From NCBI GenBank assembly GCA_947259115.1, contig CAMYKS010000004.1, forward strand, positions 2,810 to 66,809: a stretch of DNA of 64,000 nucleotides, in the 5' to 3' direction. The position numbers and the translations under genes are program-made. Shown piece by piece: positions 63,922 through 64,000 of the stretch. Under the pieces are notes generated by a model. That model had not been told where the DNA came from. It did not search any database and saw only the letters and a list, made by a program, of their open reading frames with translations. Numbering within the stretch: the stretch's first letter is position 1; each line of letters begins with the position of its first letter. The stretch comes from an uncultured Desulfobulbaceae bacterium. Lineage in GTDB: Bacteria; Desulfobacterota; Desulfobulbia; Desulfobulbales; BM004.

Positions 63922-64000
63922 GCCTATATCCCGACACCATCGTTCCCATTCTATCCCTGCAGATAAAAAACATTGGGCATGGAGCCCGATTCGGGACGCA

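Overview
This is a gene-dense 64-kb chromosomal window, mostly on the minus strand. The gene content includes multihaem c-type cytochromes, NrfD- and FdnI-type quinone-interacting subunits, 2-oxoglutarate:ferredoxin oxidoreductase, a TRAP transporter, PAS and sigma54 two-component systems and a DsrE-like protein. That mix suggests an anaerobic Desulfobacterota (deltaproteobacterial) type genome, but this is inference only. 1-15.4 kb holds small housekeeping and stress genes: an RRM RNA-binding protein, MazG-like, PilZ, TerB, SixA, Pmp3, aldo-keto reductase, ATP-grasp and TPM proteins. It also holds a stand-alone paralogue of the C-terminal half of IF2, and relics of an IS110 transposase and of hisF. 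15.7-34.4 kb is a dicarboxylate/glutamate block: dctPQM, a Cache-PAS HisKA_3 kinase with a NarL-type regulator, malic enzyme, korDABC, a 992-aa receiver-like PEP/pyruvate-binding (PPDK_N) protein and gdhA. 34.6-41 kb holds a hybrid kinase, CopA, a 4 x ~103-bp tandem array and a 50-aa Cys-rich ORF missing from the ORF track. 41.2-49.3 kb and 59.4-63.9 kb are respiratory cytochrome clusters with 6-, 5+1-, 19-, 7- and 3-haem proteins. They include two pairs of a membrane-anchored multihaem c plus an FdnI-like cytochrome b, an ImcH/NapC-like protein and an NrfD-like protein. 53.7-59.2 kb holds a GlrK/QseG/GlrR-like operon (kinase, lipoprotein, sigma54 activator). It faces a consensus sigma54 promoter with an upstream palindrome, a 57-aa ORF missing from the track and an N-acyl amino acid synthase-like GNAT. 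Non-coding repeat families are a 167-bp MITE with 22-bp terminal inverted repeats (TIRs) plus a truncated copy, a 25-bp tandem unit family, and a ~300-bp TIR-bounded composite element. I saw no rRNA, tRNA or CRISPR array. All family calls rest on reading motifs by eye; no searches were run.
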